64,000 nt of DNA from an uncultured Candidatus Saccharibacteria bacterium (GCA_964623775.1 CAZUVH010000003.1:79400-143399), one strand, 5' to 3'; numbered from the stretch's first letter, positions 8,970 to 18,408 are shown. The notes: generated by a model not told the origin, from the sequence alone. Numbers and translations are program-made.

Positions 8970-9929
8970 ATGTTGACGTTATTTGATGTGGGGGCCCGTG
9001 CCCGTGCCCGTGCCCGTGCCCGTGCCCGTGATCCCATTTTCTTGGTCAAGTGGGTGGGCACAGCTCTGCGCGCGGCGAGCATGATGACACTCCTCATTGT
9101 CGTCTATGTAGTAGGCGCACCATTTTTTGCTGTCGCAGTACTCGCGCTCTTTCTGCTCGTTCTCACGCATATGACAGTAAGGCCTATATACGAAAGTATT
9201 AACCAGACCCTCGAATCTCATAAACTTTTTGTATCAAACGTGGCTCATGAGCTTCGCGGTCCGATGTCTGTGATGCAGCTCGACGCGGAAGCTGCGCTCC
9301 ACAATATCTCGCTTGCGCAACTCTCCGATGTTAAATCTAAAGAATTAATCGGAGCAATCAATTCTGACCTGAAAGGTCTCCATCAGATGGCCAACATCAT
9401 CAAGAATCTCTCAATCCTGACCTCCCAACAGTACGGAAGTGAACAACTTGAATTCACAGAAGTAAATCTCAGTGTGCTCCTCTCACGCCTGTGCGCATTC
9501 GTTGAGAAGGAATATGCATACGACAAATCCATTCATATCAAAGCAGAGAGCAAAACTCCGGTGTACATACTGGGTAATGAATCAGCGCTCGAGCAAATGA
9601 TCATGAATCTTTTGAAGAATGCCGTGCACTACAGCGCGGATGGCACAGGCATTGTCGCAACCACTCACCAGCATGAGAGAGGGGTGTCGCTCTCGATCAG
9701 GGATCACGGATTTGGAATATCTGAATACGATTTACCGCATATACTCGATCCCTTCTATAGAGCGCGGCATTCGCGTGCCGCGACAAATACGGAGAGCGGT
9801 AGCGGGCTTGGACTAGCGATCGTCGCTGCGCTTGCCAAGCAGCACAAGGCGACCGTGACCATCGCGAGCGTGCTCAAGAAGGGTACGACAGTAACGCTTA
9901 ATTTCCCCCTAATGGCGCAAACCGCATGA
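8970..9929 (+). CDS. membrane-anchored sensor histidine kinase
   Basis: H-box HELRGPM, N-box NLLKNAVHYS and G-box GSGLGLAIV are present. Hydrophobic N-terminal segment. True start is uncertain: 8970 or the MM codons near 9076. Confidence 0.8.
   Translation: MLTLFDVGARARARARARARDPIFLVKWVGTALRAASMMTLLIVVYVVGAPFFAVAVLALFLLVLTHMTVRPIYESINQTLESHKLFVSNVAHELRGPMSVMQLDAEAALHNISLAQLSDVKSKELIGAINSDLKGLHQMANIIKNLSILTSQQYGSEQLEFTEVNLSVLLSRLCAFVEKEYAYDKSIHIKAESKTPVYILGNESALEQMIMNLLKNAVHYSADGTGIVATTHQHERGVSLSIRDHGFGISEYDLPHILDPFYRARHSRAATNTESGSGLGLAIVAALAKQHKATVTIASVLKKGTTVTLNFPLMAQTA
8994..9030 (+). repeat. hexanucleotide tandem repeat (CCCGTG)x6 encoding (Ala-Arg)6
   Basis: Read directly. Six perfect units are in frame with the HK ORF if the 8970 start is used; otherwise they fall in its 5' leader. 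Confidence 0.9.
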
Positions 9930-9933
9930 TACT

Positions 9934-10560
9934 ATGATGATACAAATGAAAAACGAAAAGGGTGTTGAGGTAAACGTCGCGGACGAGATGTGGGCGACGG
10001 CGTGGACGTACATTCGTACCGTCGTAGATACGGCGCGTGAGCCTTTTTTAATACTCAACCGCGATCTTCGAGTGGTCGCAGCCAACAGCTGCTTCTTCCG
10101 GACATTCGAGGTCAGTGAAAAAGAGACAGAAGGAAAGCTCATCTACCAGCTCGGAGATGGTCAATGGGATATTCCAAAACTGAAGAAGTTACTCGAAGAG
10201 ATCATCCCCAAAGACTCTTTTTTCAAGGATTACGAGGTGGATCATGAATTTCCCTCGATCGGGCGCAAGATCATGGTCCTCAATGCACGACAACTCTTCT
10301 ACAAGTCCGAAGCGACCAATATCGAGCCCTTGCCTCCGCTCGTACTCCTTGCGATGGAAGACGTGACCGATCGTCGGATGATCGCCGAGAAACTCGCCGA
10401 ATACGCCCAAAGGATTGAATCAAGTATCGGTCTAAAGATGCAAAATTTGGACGCTCGGGTGGCTGAGCTGACACGATTACACCAAGTCATTATCGACAGG
10501 GATGCGCAGGTGACGGCACTGACCGCTGAAATCGTGGATCTAAAAAAGAAGCTCGCGTAA
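9934..10560 (+). CDS. PAS-domain protein with C-terminal coiled coil
   Basis: PAS-like core (LILNRDLRVVAANSCFFRTF...GK). Heptad-like C-terminus. Immediately downstream of the HK. Confidence 0.6.
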   Translation: MMIQMKNEKGVEVNVADEMWATAWTYIRTVVDTAREPFLILNRDLRVVAANSCFFRTFEVSEKETEGKLIYQLGDGQWDIPKLKKLLEEIIPKDSFFKDYEVDHEFPSIGRKIMVLNARQLFYKSEATNIEPLPPLVLLAMEDVTDRRMIAEKLAEYAQRIESSIGLKMQNLDARVAELTRLHQVIIDRDAQVTALTAEIVDLKKKLA

Positions 10561-10666
10561 CATTTTACGAGAGAGTGTGCTTCAGCGCGCGCGAAGATCG
10601 CGCCGGCGAACGACTCCGTATTGAATGCGGAATGAAAAAGCCGCCCTCATCATGAAGGCGGCGAGT

Positions 10667-11239
10667 CTATTTGCAGTCAACGTCTTGCACGACGAGCGGA
10701 CGCGACCGTGCCGCCGCGATCTGCCAGTTGTCGAAATACCGCTTTGCAAAGCGCGGATCATTCTTGACGAGGTTTACGTTCTCCGCGTTTTTCTCAGCAG
10801 ATTTCGTAAAGTTGAGACTCCCAAGGACTACGTGTTTGCGGTCAATGATGAACACTTTGTTGTGAGCGATCTTCACTTTGTAATCCACAAGGACCGGAAT
10901 TCCTTCTTTCACATTGCACGATCCGGCCGGATATCGCTCCGATTCGTTGGTCTTGTCGAGGATCACGCGCACAACTATTCCGTGCTTGTTGGCGTACGAC
11001 ACAGCGTCGATGAACTCTTCGCGTGTATATCCGTAGGCCTGTACCAAGAGCTCGGATTTTGCAAGCTTGATCGCGTCGACCACGAATTTCGTGCAGTCCT
11101 CTTGCGGCTCAAAACACTCGGATAATTCGCCCGTGATGGGCGACGCCGAATGCGTGTTTTTGCCGATATGAGGTATCCAGAGACCGACTGCTATGCCGAC
11201 TACAAAAGCGGCAATAACGGACAGTACTTTCGCTCTCAT
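10667..11239 (-). CDS. phospholipase D-family (Nuc-like) nuclease/phosphodiesterase, secreted or membrane-anchored
   Basis: Single HKD motif (HNKVFIIDRKHVVLGSLNFT). N-terminal signal/anchor helix. Confidence 0.7.
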   Translation of the reverse strand: MRAKVLSVIAAFVVGIAVGLWIPHIGKNTHSASPITGELSECFEPQEDCTKFVVDAIKLAKSELLVQAYGYTREEFIDAVSYANKHGIVVRVILDKTNESERYPAGSCNVKEGIPVLVDYKVKIAHNKVFIIDRKHVVLGSLNFTKSAEKNAENVNLVKNDPRFAKRYFDNWQIAAARSRPLVVQDVDCK

Positions 11240-11407
11240 GGGCGCGATTCCTGTGTTGATTTCCGATCGATACTATACAATCTTTTGTCAAAAAAAGCAA
11301 AGAAGAATATTGACCAGTTCACTTTATTATGTTATACAAATTGTCGGATTAAACAGGTCTTTGACTCAAAGATCACACCCAATACTGAGGAAATCAGGAG
11401 AGGTACG

Positions 11408-12739
11408 ATGCGCATATCGCAGCAACAAGGGGACTTGATGGCAAAAGCCATCCTCATCCTTATCGGTGCTGTTGTCCTCGCGGACATCGGCTCTCTCGCA
11501 TACGTTGTTGCTCACGGCCTGGTAGGAAAGCTTTGGAAGGTGGTTTGGAGCAATTTCGAGTTTCCTATCGTTCTCGGGATCCTTGCACTCATCGGTTTTT
11601 ACTGGAAGTTCAAGTATCCGGAAGACTTCACGTTTGGCGAGCTGGCGGTCTATATCGTCGCCTTGCCGATCGTTGCGTTTCCGTTTGCTGCCATATTCTA
11701 CTTCTTCGCGACAGATCTACACGACAGGGAGATTTGGAATGGCCGCGTACAAGTGGCCACGTACGAGGAGAAGTGGACAGAATTAGTCACGTATACCGAG
11801 CAGGAGTGCACAGGAAGCGGGAAAGACCAGGTGTGCACGACTGTCACCAAGACACGGCATGATTATCATCCACCAAAATGGTACATCACGACCAGCAACG
11901 ATGAGACCATCAGCGTCTCGTCGCACGAGTATAGGGCGAGTGCCGAACGTTTTGGTAGCGAGGTGTTTAAGCGTCTCTATCGCGCAAATCAGGTAAGCTT
12001 TGGCGACGGTAATATGTACTATGCGGAATGGAAAGGGCAATCGACAACGATTATCCCGACCGCAGTGGAGCATCCGTTCGTCAACTACCTGCGTGCCTCC
12101 AATTCCATCACCAAGATCAACGGTGTTGCCGCTTCGTACAAAGAGCTGCTGTTGCCATATCCTCGCGTGCATGGAGGACGTTATGGCTATATCGAGATCG
12201 ATCGCGTCCTTTCCTCTGGAGTGAGTATTCCGGAAGACTGGAGGCGGAAGGTGAGTGACGGCCTCAGTGTCGCGCTTACGACACTCGGCTCTCAAAAGCA
12301 GGTCAATATCCTTGTATATGTGACGAGCGCAGACATCAACTTCTTCTACGCGCTCAAGGAACACTGGACCGACGGTAAGAAAAACGACGTCATCGTCGTT
12401 GTTGGTTCGCGTGACGGCAGTTCGATCGATTGGGTACAGGTGCAAGCCTGGACCAAGATCGAATTGTTCAAGATGCAGCTCTCGGATTCCATCCGTGAGC
12501 TGAAGACTCTCAGCGGCAACGCAGAGAGGTTTGTGGAGACGATCGTCACGCATGTGGCACGGGCTCCCGACACGGGCGGTTTCCAGCGAATGCCGATGGC
12601 AGAGCTGGAATATCTGCTCGTGGAAATCAAGCTGCCGTGGTGGGCCTCGATCCTTGTGGTCGTGCTCAACATGGTGGTTGTCACTCCCATCATCTTTCTA
12701 CTCTTGAACAACTCGCTGCGCCGCCAAAGGAGGGCGTAA
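11408..12739 (+). CDS. hypothetical membrane protein (N-terminal 4 TM, soluble middle, C-terminal TM)
   Basis: GGAGAGG RBS before the ATG at 11408. The upstream part of the long ORF-track frame is probably not translated. No family recognised. Confidence 0.5.
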   Translation: MRISQQQGDLMAKAILILIGAVVLADIGSLAYVVAHGLVGKLWKVVWSNFEFPIVLGILALIGFYWKFKYPEDFTFGELAVYIVALPIVAFPFAAIFYFFATDLHDREIWNGRVQVATYEEKWTELVTYTEQECTGSGKDQVCTTVTKTRHDYHPPKWYITTSNDETISVSSHEYRASAERFGSEVFKRLYRANQVSFGDGNMYYAEWKGQSTTIIPTAVEHPFVNYLRASNSITKINGVAASYKELLLPYPRVHGGRYGYIEIDRVLSSGVSIPEDWRRKVSDGLSVALTTLGSQKQVNILVYVTSADINFFYALKEHWTDGKKNDVIVVVGSRDGSSIDWVQVQAWTKIELFKMQLSDSIRELKTLSGNAERFVETIVTHVARAPDTGGFQRMPMAELEYLLVEIKLPWWASILVVVLNMVVVTPIIFLLLNNSLRRQRRA

Positions 12740-12742
12740 GAC

Positions 12743-13312
12743 ATGACCTGGAAGACTGGAATTATCGCTGCTGTCGTCGCTGTGATTGTGGGCGTCGGCC
12801 TGTACTGTCTCTCGACGACCAACTCGTTCAAGACGCAGGAGCGCGCAATTGCTGCTGCCTACGATGCCAACAAGGCGACCCTCGACAAGGTCTCTCAGAC
12901 CATCGAAGGAAGCGGGCTCGCCGCCGACAAGTACGGCGACCTCGTGAAGGATGCGCTTAAGGTCGCGATGAGCGGCCGTTACGGGCCCGACGGCTCAAGG
13001 GCCGCAATGCAGTGGATCAAGGAGACGATGCCGAACATCGATCCGAGCATCTTCAACAAGCTGCAGCAGGTGATCGAGGCCAACTATGCTCAGTGGAGTG
13101 CCGCTCAGATCTCGCTTCGTGATCGCGTACGGGTGTATGAGACCGACGTTGACGTCGCTCCGAGTGGTTGGGTGGCCGGCGTCTTCGGCTATCCGCGTGC
13201 TGGCTTCGACATCGAGACCTACAAGACCATGATCGTGACGTCGGAAACGTCCGATGCGTTCCGGACGAAGACGATGAAGGGCGTTAAGGGCCTCATCGGT
13301 AAGCCGCAGTAA
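12743..13312 (+). CDS. hypothetical membrane-anchored protein (LemA-like topology, not confirmed)
   Basis: Start 4 nt after the upstream stop, so translationally coupled. N-terminal TM. Lacks the LemA QRRxDLIPNLV motif. Confidence 0.5.
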   Translation: MTWKTGIIAAVVAVIVGVGLYCLSTTNSFKTQERAIAAAYDANKATLDKVSQTIEGSGLAADKYGDLVKDALKVAMSGRYGPDGSRAAMQWIKETMPNIDPSIFNKLQQVIEANYAQWSAAQISLRDRVRVYETDVDVAPSGWVAGVFGYPRAGFDIETYKTMIVTSETSDAFRTKTMKGVKGLIGKPQ

Positions 13313-13338
13313 ATAGAGCGGCTTATCTACAAAAAAAA

Positions 13339-13376
13339 GCGCCTCGCGACAGTTGTCGCGAGGCGTTCTCTTTTTT
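13339..13376. terminator. bidirectional terminator
   Basis: GCGCCTCGCGAC-AGTT-GTCGCGAGGCG with an A-run upstream and a T-run downstream. Confidence 0.7.
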
Positions 13377-13389
13377 GGTGGTAGAGATT

Positions 13390-14841
13390 TCAGCTGACGC
13401 GGAAATTTTTGAACTGCCAGGGATCTGACTGATCGGTGTCTTCGGGGAAAAGGCCGTCGCGACCTTTGAGCGGATTCCAGTCGGTGTACTCACCATACAT
13501 GCGGCCCATGTAGGGCGTGATGAGTTCCATCATGCGTTCGTGATCGAGATCCTCGGCCTCGACGATACCTGCGCGCGGATTTTCGATCGCCCATACCATT
13601 GCACCCATGATTCCAGCGGTCACTTGGAGGCCCGTGGCATTTTGATACGGCGCAAGCTTGCGCGCCTCTTCGATCGTGAGCTGCGATCCATACCAATACG
13701 CATTTTTCTCGTGACCCATGAGGAGGACACCGAGCTCATCCATACCTGAGACGATCTCATCGAGCAGGATCTTCTGCTCACCCTGCAACTGTCGGTCTTT
13801 GCCAAAGGCCTCGTCGAGTGAGAGCACGGCCGCATCGCATGGTCGGTATGCGTAGTGCACGGTCGGACGATAGAGAAGGTGATCGTTTTCTTTGTATGTC
13901 AGATATTCCGAGATCGAGATAGATTCGTTGTGCGTGACGAGGCGGCCATGGAAATTTTTCTGAGCAGGAGTCCAGGTGCGTACTTTGATGTCGGCGCCCG
14001 GCTTCTCAATATATATAGGTGAGTCGCGATGCTCGAAGTGACGTTTTGCATCTGTGGGGAAGTGACGCTCATGCGTGCCCCAGCCAAGCTCCGAAGGCTG
14101 TGTCACGCCCTCGGAGTGAAATCCATAAACAGACCACGTGTTTTCAAATCGGCCGATTTTCTTCGGCGTGCCGGCGACCTGTGTATCGTATTCGGCGATG
14201 TGGATGGTCTTGATACTGAGGTCACGTGCAAGCCTGGCCCACTCCCATTGATTGGAGGGCTTGCCGCGATCCCAACCCATGTCGCGCACGAGGTTCATGA
14301 TCGCGGCCTTGAGGAAATGAGAAACGATCCCCGGATTTGCGCCGTGCGCGACCACTGCGGTTGGTCCTTGATTCCCGTTTTTTAGCTGAAGAGCGCTCTC
14401 GCGTAATCCGAAATTTGAGCGCTGGGTGAAGGTGAGGGTGGGGTCTTCGTAGCCGCCCATCCAGGGCTCGATGCATGTATCGAGGTAGAGCGTGCCACGA
14501 TCCTGGCAGAATTTGATGAGTGCGATCGAGGAGACATCGACGGAGACATTGAGGAGAAATCCGCCTTCTCCCAAGAGTGGCTCCAATACAGTGCGGAAAT
14601 TCTGCGGGCCGAGCGGCTCCACCACATAATTCACACCCTCATTTCGCGCGATCGCTTCACCGCGATTGTCGCCGGTGACGATCGTGATATCGCGCGGAGA
14701 GATATCGAGATGACGTAAGATGAGCGGCAAGACACCCTGACCGATAGAGCCGAAGCCCACGATGACGAGTTTGCCGGGGACCTTTGCGTGGACCTTGCCC
14801 TTTGAGGTCACATGATGCACGTGAATTTTTATTTCCGCCAT
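13390..14841 (-). CDS. hss: homospermidine synthase
   Basis: About 480 aa. N-terminal Rossmann GFGSIGQG. Overall resemblance to bacterial HSS, e.g. the IVGFGSIG..LPLI start. Confidence 0.8.
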   Translation of the reverse strand: MAEIKIHVHHVTSKGKVHAKVPGKLVIVGFGSIGQGVLPLILRHLDISPRDITIVTGDNRGEAIARNEGVNYVVEPLGPQNFRTVLEPLLGEGGFLLNVSVDVSSIALIKFCQDRGTLYLDTCIEPWMGGYEDPTLTFTQRSNFGLRESALQLKNGNQGPTAVVAHGANPGIVSHFLKAAIMNLVRDMGWDRGKPSNQWEWARLARDLSIKTIHIAEYDTQVAGTPKKIGRFENTWSVYGFHSEGVTQPSELGWGTHERHFPTDAKRHFEHRDSPIYIEKPGADIKVRTWTPAQKNFHGRLVTHNESISISEYLTYKENDHLLYRPTVHYAYRPCDAAVLSLDEAFGKDRQLQGEQKILLDEIVSGMDELGVLLMGHEKNAYWYGSQLTIEEARKLAPYQNATGLQVTAGIMGAMVWAIENPRAGIVEAEDLDHERMMELITPYMGRMYGEYTDWNPLKGRDGLFPEDTDQSDPWQFKNFRVS

Positions 14842-14946
14842 TTATATATAAGAGTAGCAGATGATCTATATTTTTTTTTAAAAAAGCGTCATAGAGTGGA
14901 TATCCGCGATTGACATTACGGTGCGCGGATTCGATGATTAATAGAA

Positions 14947-16188
14947 ATGGCATATACGAAACCGAATGTTCTTATCGCGGGTGCTTCCGGCGGCGTAGCC
15001 AACGCGCTTCTCCATCACTTCACTGTCGATCGTGATCTTTACGGTACGGTTGTCCTTTTGGATCGCAATAAGAAAGTTCTCGAGGACATGTACATCGATC
15101 ACGGGCGTTTATCGTACGAATTTGTAGAGATGGATCTCAAATTCCCTGAGGGCGAGGCAGAGTACATCAGTCTTCTCAAAGAAAAGAACATTCAGATCGT
15201 GGTAGACATCACCGACATGGACACCATGGGCTTCCTTGAGGCGACCGACAAGGCGGGTGTTACGTATTTCAATACGGGAATGAACGACGACAATGTCTAC
15301 TGCGCCGAGCTTGTGATCGGTCTTTCCGAGAAGCGGGAGCAGTACACCCATGCGCCGCATATCGTGTCGTGCGGCATGAATCCGGGTGTTGTAAACAACT
15401 GGGTAGAGCACGGCATCAAAAAATTCGGTCTTCCGGAGGAGATTGTCCATTTCGAATACGACACTTCGAAAATCTCAAAAGAGTGGCATCCGATGATGAC
15501 GTGGTCTATCCACGAATTCCTCGTCGAGAGTGTCTGGGATTCATCGGGCTACATGCTCGGGCGTGGCCGAGATAAAGTGCGCGAGCTCTTGCCCAACGCG
15601 CTCATGAATCGCGAGAATATGCGAGACATCCTCGAGCCGATCATGCACCTACAATCGTATCCGGAGGGCATGATCGTCATCCACGACGAGAACGTCAGCC
15701 TCTCCCAAAAATACGACATCCCCTCGAAATTCTTGTACGCGATCCACCCGAAGACGACGGAGAGACTCATTCGGCTTTACACGGAGAAAGGAACCGTCGC
15801 TGTCGAAGATCTTGAATTGGGGGACAATACCAATGAAGTCTTGGACGGCGCCGACAGCATCGGTGTCATGCTCCGGTATAAGGACAGGCGAGTGTACTAT
15901 TTCAACACGATCTCAAGCGTCGCGGTCATCGGGACGAATGCCACGTATACACAGGTGGTGATCGGTATCATGTCGGGGCTCCACGCGCTTCTCAATGATC
16001 CGCTGAAGCCGGGAGTGCATTTCCCGGAGGAGCTTTACCACACGAGTTATCGTCACTTTATGTTCGACAACATGCGCGTGCAGGAATTCGTATTCGACAA
16101 GCAAGAGAGTGGCCACCTCAAGCTCACGTCATTCGATCCCATGATAAAGACAAGTCGAAAGGGATATGTACACGATTACATCATCTAA
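14947..16188 (+). CDS. saccharopine dehydrogenase-family NAD(P)-binding protein (HSS/carboxyspermidine-dehydrogenase-like paralog)
   Basis: N-terminal VLIAGASGGVANAL Rossmann. Size and architecture fit the Sacchrp_dh family. Divergent from hss. Confidence 0.7.
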   Translation: MAYTKPNVLIAGASGGVANALLHHFTVDRDLYGTVVLLDRNKKVLEDMYIDHGRLSYEFVEMDLKFPEGEAEYISLLKEKNIQIVVDITDMDTMGFLEATDKAGVTYFNTGMNDDNVYCAELVIGLSEKREQYTHAPHIVSCGMNPGVVNNWVEHGIKKFGLPEEIVHFEYDTSKISKEWHPMMTWSIHEFLVESVWDSSGYMLGRGRDKVRELLPNALMNRENMRDILEPIMHLQSYPEGMIVIHDENVSLSQKYDIPSKFLYAIHPKTTERLIRLYTEKGTVAVEDLELGDNTNEVLDGADSIGVMLRYKDRRVYYFNTISSVAVIGTNATYTQVVIGIMSGLHALLNDPLKPGVHFPEELYHTSYRHFMFDNMRVQEFVFDKQESGHLKLTSFDPMIKTSRKGYVHDYII

Positions 16189-16225
16189 TGTCCGCTTGAT
16201 CATTTAAAATAAAACCATCATTACT

Positions 16226-16426
16226 ATGCAAACGGGAACAGTTATTCGGCTTACCGACAAAGGCTTTGGCTTTATCAAAGTCGAAGGTATGGAAAAAGAT
16301 CTCTTTTTCCATGCGAGCGAACTTTTGGAAATTCCGTTCAACACGCTCCGCGAAGGAGACGTGCTCTCATTTGAAGTCGCCGACACCCCAAAAGGTAAGA
16401 GCGCGGTCAAAATCAGTCGCGCCTAA
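16226..16426 (+). CDS. cold-shock protein (CspA family)
   Basis: 66 aa. RNP1-like motif KGFGFI and RNP2-like FFHAS. Confidence 0.9.
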   Translation: MQTGTVIRLTDKGFGFIKVEGMEKDLFFHASELLEIPFNTLREGDVLSFEVADTPKGKSAVKISRA

Positions 16427-16434
16427 AGAAAAAA

Positions 16435-16457
16435 GACGCCCTACACGGGCGTCTTTT
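16435..16457. terminator. terminator after csp
   Basis: GACGCCC-loop-GGGCGTC followed by TTTTAATCTCTTTTT. Confidence 0.6.
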
Positions 16458-16785
16458 AATCTCTTTTTGACAAACAGAACTCCGTTACGTCCAGGAGCAT
16501 GAGATCGTTGAGATTGCCAGCATCTTCAACAATCTCTTTAATGTGTTTCTTTTTTCGCGACGCTTCGTCCAAATCTGTAAACAAAAGCGGGACGAAGTGT
16601 TCCGTGCCGCAGCACACCGAAGGTACGTCATTAATGACCAGGTGGACGCGACGTCCGCGCGTGATACTGATTGCAAACTCACCTTGGCCGTGAATCGTTT
16701 TGCACTTTTCGCAAATGGCCTCGTACCTATCAGGTAGTGGTACTACAGCAATGATGCCGATTGGTTTGGCTCTACGTTTACTCAT
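16456..16785 (-). CDS. small Cys-containing protein, paralog 1 (C-x2-C ... CC pattern)
   Basis: AGGAGAG RBS before the start. Alignable to the adjacent ORF. Confidence 0.5.
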   Translation of the reverse strand: MSKRRAKPIGIIAVVPLPDRYEAICEKCKTIHGQGEFAISITRGRRVHLVINDVPSVCCGTEHFVPLLFTDLDEASRKKKHIKEIVEDAGNLNDLMLLDVTEFCLSKRD

Positions 16786-16794
16786 AAGGCTCTC

Positions 16795-17121
16795 CTAGTG
16801 TCTGGTCTGGATATGTGGGAGTAGCTGCAGCTCATAACTACCTGTGTGCCCGTCTCGCGACATCGTGTCCATGATTTCGCGCCGCGCCTTCTCCGCGCTC
16901 TTTTCGTCGTCAAAACCGAGTGGCACCGTGATCTCTCCGACGCAGCACCATGCGCTTACGTCGCTGAGAAAAATGTACTTTTCCGTATCGTCGATAAGTA
17001 TGATCGAATATGAGGTCCGATGCACTATTTTCTGACAATGTGGGCAGTGCGTTGTGATTTCTTCCTGGTCGGAATGTATGAGGCGGATTTTAACCGCGCG
17101 CTTCCTAAGGCCATCTCCCAT
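16795..17121 (-). CDS. small Cys-containing protein, paralog 2
   Basis: AAGGAGG lies 6 nt before the internal ATG at 17121, which is preferred over the ORF-track start at 17142. CPHC...CC arrangement like paralog 1. Confidence 0.5.
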   Translation of the reverse strand: MGDGLRKRAVKIRLIHSDQEEITTHCPHCQKIVHRTSYSIILIDDTEKYIFLSDVSAWCCVGEITVPLGFDDEKSAEKARREIMDTMSRDGHTGSYELQLLPHIQTRH

Positions 17122-17229
17122 TAGCGCCTCCTTGGAATCCATTTGTTCTTACATCTTTGTAGCACCGTTTCGCAACTTCGCAATAAATCCCAAGACACCT
17201 GGCCTCAGTATCGCTTCATTAAGAGTGGT

Positions 17230-17326
17230 GGTATAGTATTCGCCGGGATGGGATGTGCCCGGATGTACGGCACGTCACAATCTCCAGGCCGGATTCGCTC
17301 ACGCGAATCCGGCCAACTTTTTTAAA
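17230..17326 (+). ncRNA. candidate small RNA or attenuator leader ending in an intrinsic terminator, upstream of sbmA
   Basis: Extended -10-like TGGTATAGT near 17232. Structured region. Strong terminator GGCCGGATTCGC-TCAC-GCGAATCCGGCC plus TTTTTT at 17287-17325 with no + strand CDS upstream. Confidence 0.2.
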
Positions 17327-17400
17327 TGATTGCATAGAGCGCGCAGAGCATCTACACTCGGTGGCAGTTCATACTCCCACAACAAAAGAAGGGCAGTACG

Positions 17401-18393
17401 ATGTTCAAGGCATTCTTTGCTTCGCCTAAATGGGCCATATGGGCATACGGCGGAGGAGTCTTTCTTCTCGCCTCGCTCTACACGCAGGTGCAGATAACAG
17501 TGATGATCAATGAGTGGTATAAGGATTTCTACAACATCCTCCAAAAACCACTTGATCATTCGATCGATGAATTCTGGGCGAGCATCTGGTATTTCTTTGT
17601 GCTGGCGATGCCATATGTGGCACTTGCCACGCTAACCGGATACTTCACGCGTCTGTATGCATTTCGTTGGCGGCAGGCGATCACATTCGATTACCTCCCG
17701 CGTTGGCGGAATGTAAAACATGAGATAGAGGGCGCGAGCCAACGTATCCAAGAAGATGCAGCGCGCTTCGGGAAGATCGTCGAATCGCTCGGACTACAGG
17801 TCGTGCGTGCGATCATGACACTCATCGCGTTTGTCCCAGTTCTCAGTACGCTCTCGCGGAACATACGCATCGAGTGGGTCGAGAACAACATCGGACACAT
17901 CGATTCGTCACTTGTATGGGTCGCTCTTGCCGTCTCGCTCGGCAGTATGGGTGTATCGTGGATCGTCGGCGGGAAGTTGCCCGGTCTGGAATACAACAAT
18001 CAGCGTGTCGAGGCGGCATTCCGTAAAGAGCTTGTATATGGTGAGGACGACAAGGAAAATCGTGCCTCAATGGCAGTACTTGTGGAGCTCTTTACCGGTA
18101 TCAAGATCAATTATCATCGACTGTTCCTTCATTACGGCTATTTCGACATGTGGGTCAATCTGTACGACCAATGCATGACGATCGTTCCGTATGTTATTGC
18201 GGCGCCAAATCTCTTTACTGGTGCGATCTCCCTCGGCGTCCTGATGCAGGTGTCCAACGCGTTTTCCCGGGTGCACAATAGCTTTACGATCTTCACTCAC
18301 AATTGGACTACGATCACTGAGCTGCGCAGCATCTTCAAGCGGCTAAACGAGTTCGAAAGAAATCTCGACCGGCATACGGCGCGAGCAAACTGA
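17401..18393 (+). CDS. sbmA: SbmA/BacA-family peptide transporter
   Basis: Multiple blocks match E. coli SbmA: WY..FYN.LQ, FRWR, HEIEGASQRIQEDAARF, AIMTLIAFVPVL, KLPGLEYNNQRVEAAFRKELVYGEDD. Confidence 0.85.
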   Translation: MFKAFFASPKWAIWAYGGGVFLLASLYTQVQITVMINEWYKDFYNILQKPLDHSIDEFWASIWYFFVLAMPYVALATLTGYFTRLYAFRWRQAITFDYLPRWRNVKHEIEGASQRIQEDAARFGKIVESLGLQVVRAIMTLIAFVPVLSTLSRNIRIEWVENNIGHIDSSLVWVALAVSLGSMGVSWIVGGKLPGLEYNNQRVEAAFRKELVYGEDDKENRASMAVLVELFTGIKINYHRLFLHYGYFDMWVNLYDQCMTIVPYVIAAPNLFTGAISLGVLMQVSNAFSRVHNSFTIFTHNWTTITELRSIFKRLNEFERNLDRHTARAN

Positions 18394-18408
18394 TTCGTGC
18401 CAGTAACA

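Noticed and set aside
8994-9030. Interpretation of the CCCGTG repeat as a CRISPR-like or frameshifting phase-variation switch
   Set aside because: It is a single short microsatellite with no spacers or cas genes. The unit length is divisible by 3, so it cannot toggle the reading frame.
11150-11407. Upstream extension of the 11408 membrane-protein ORF, overlapping the PLD gene end
   Set aside because: It overlaps the convergent PLD gene, lacks an RBS and is hydrophilic junk. A GGAGAGG RBS precedes the ATG at 11408.
12743-13312. LemA-family assignment
   Set aside because: Topology and size fit, but the hallmark QRRxDLIPNLV block is absent. It is left as hypothetical.
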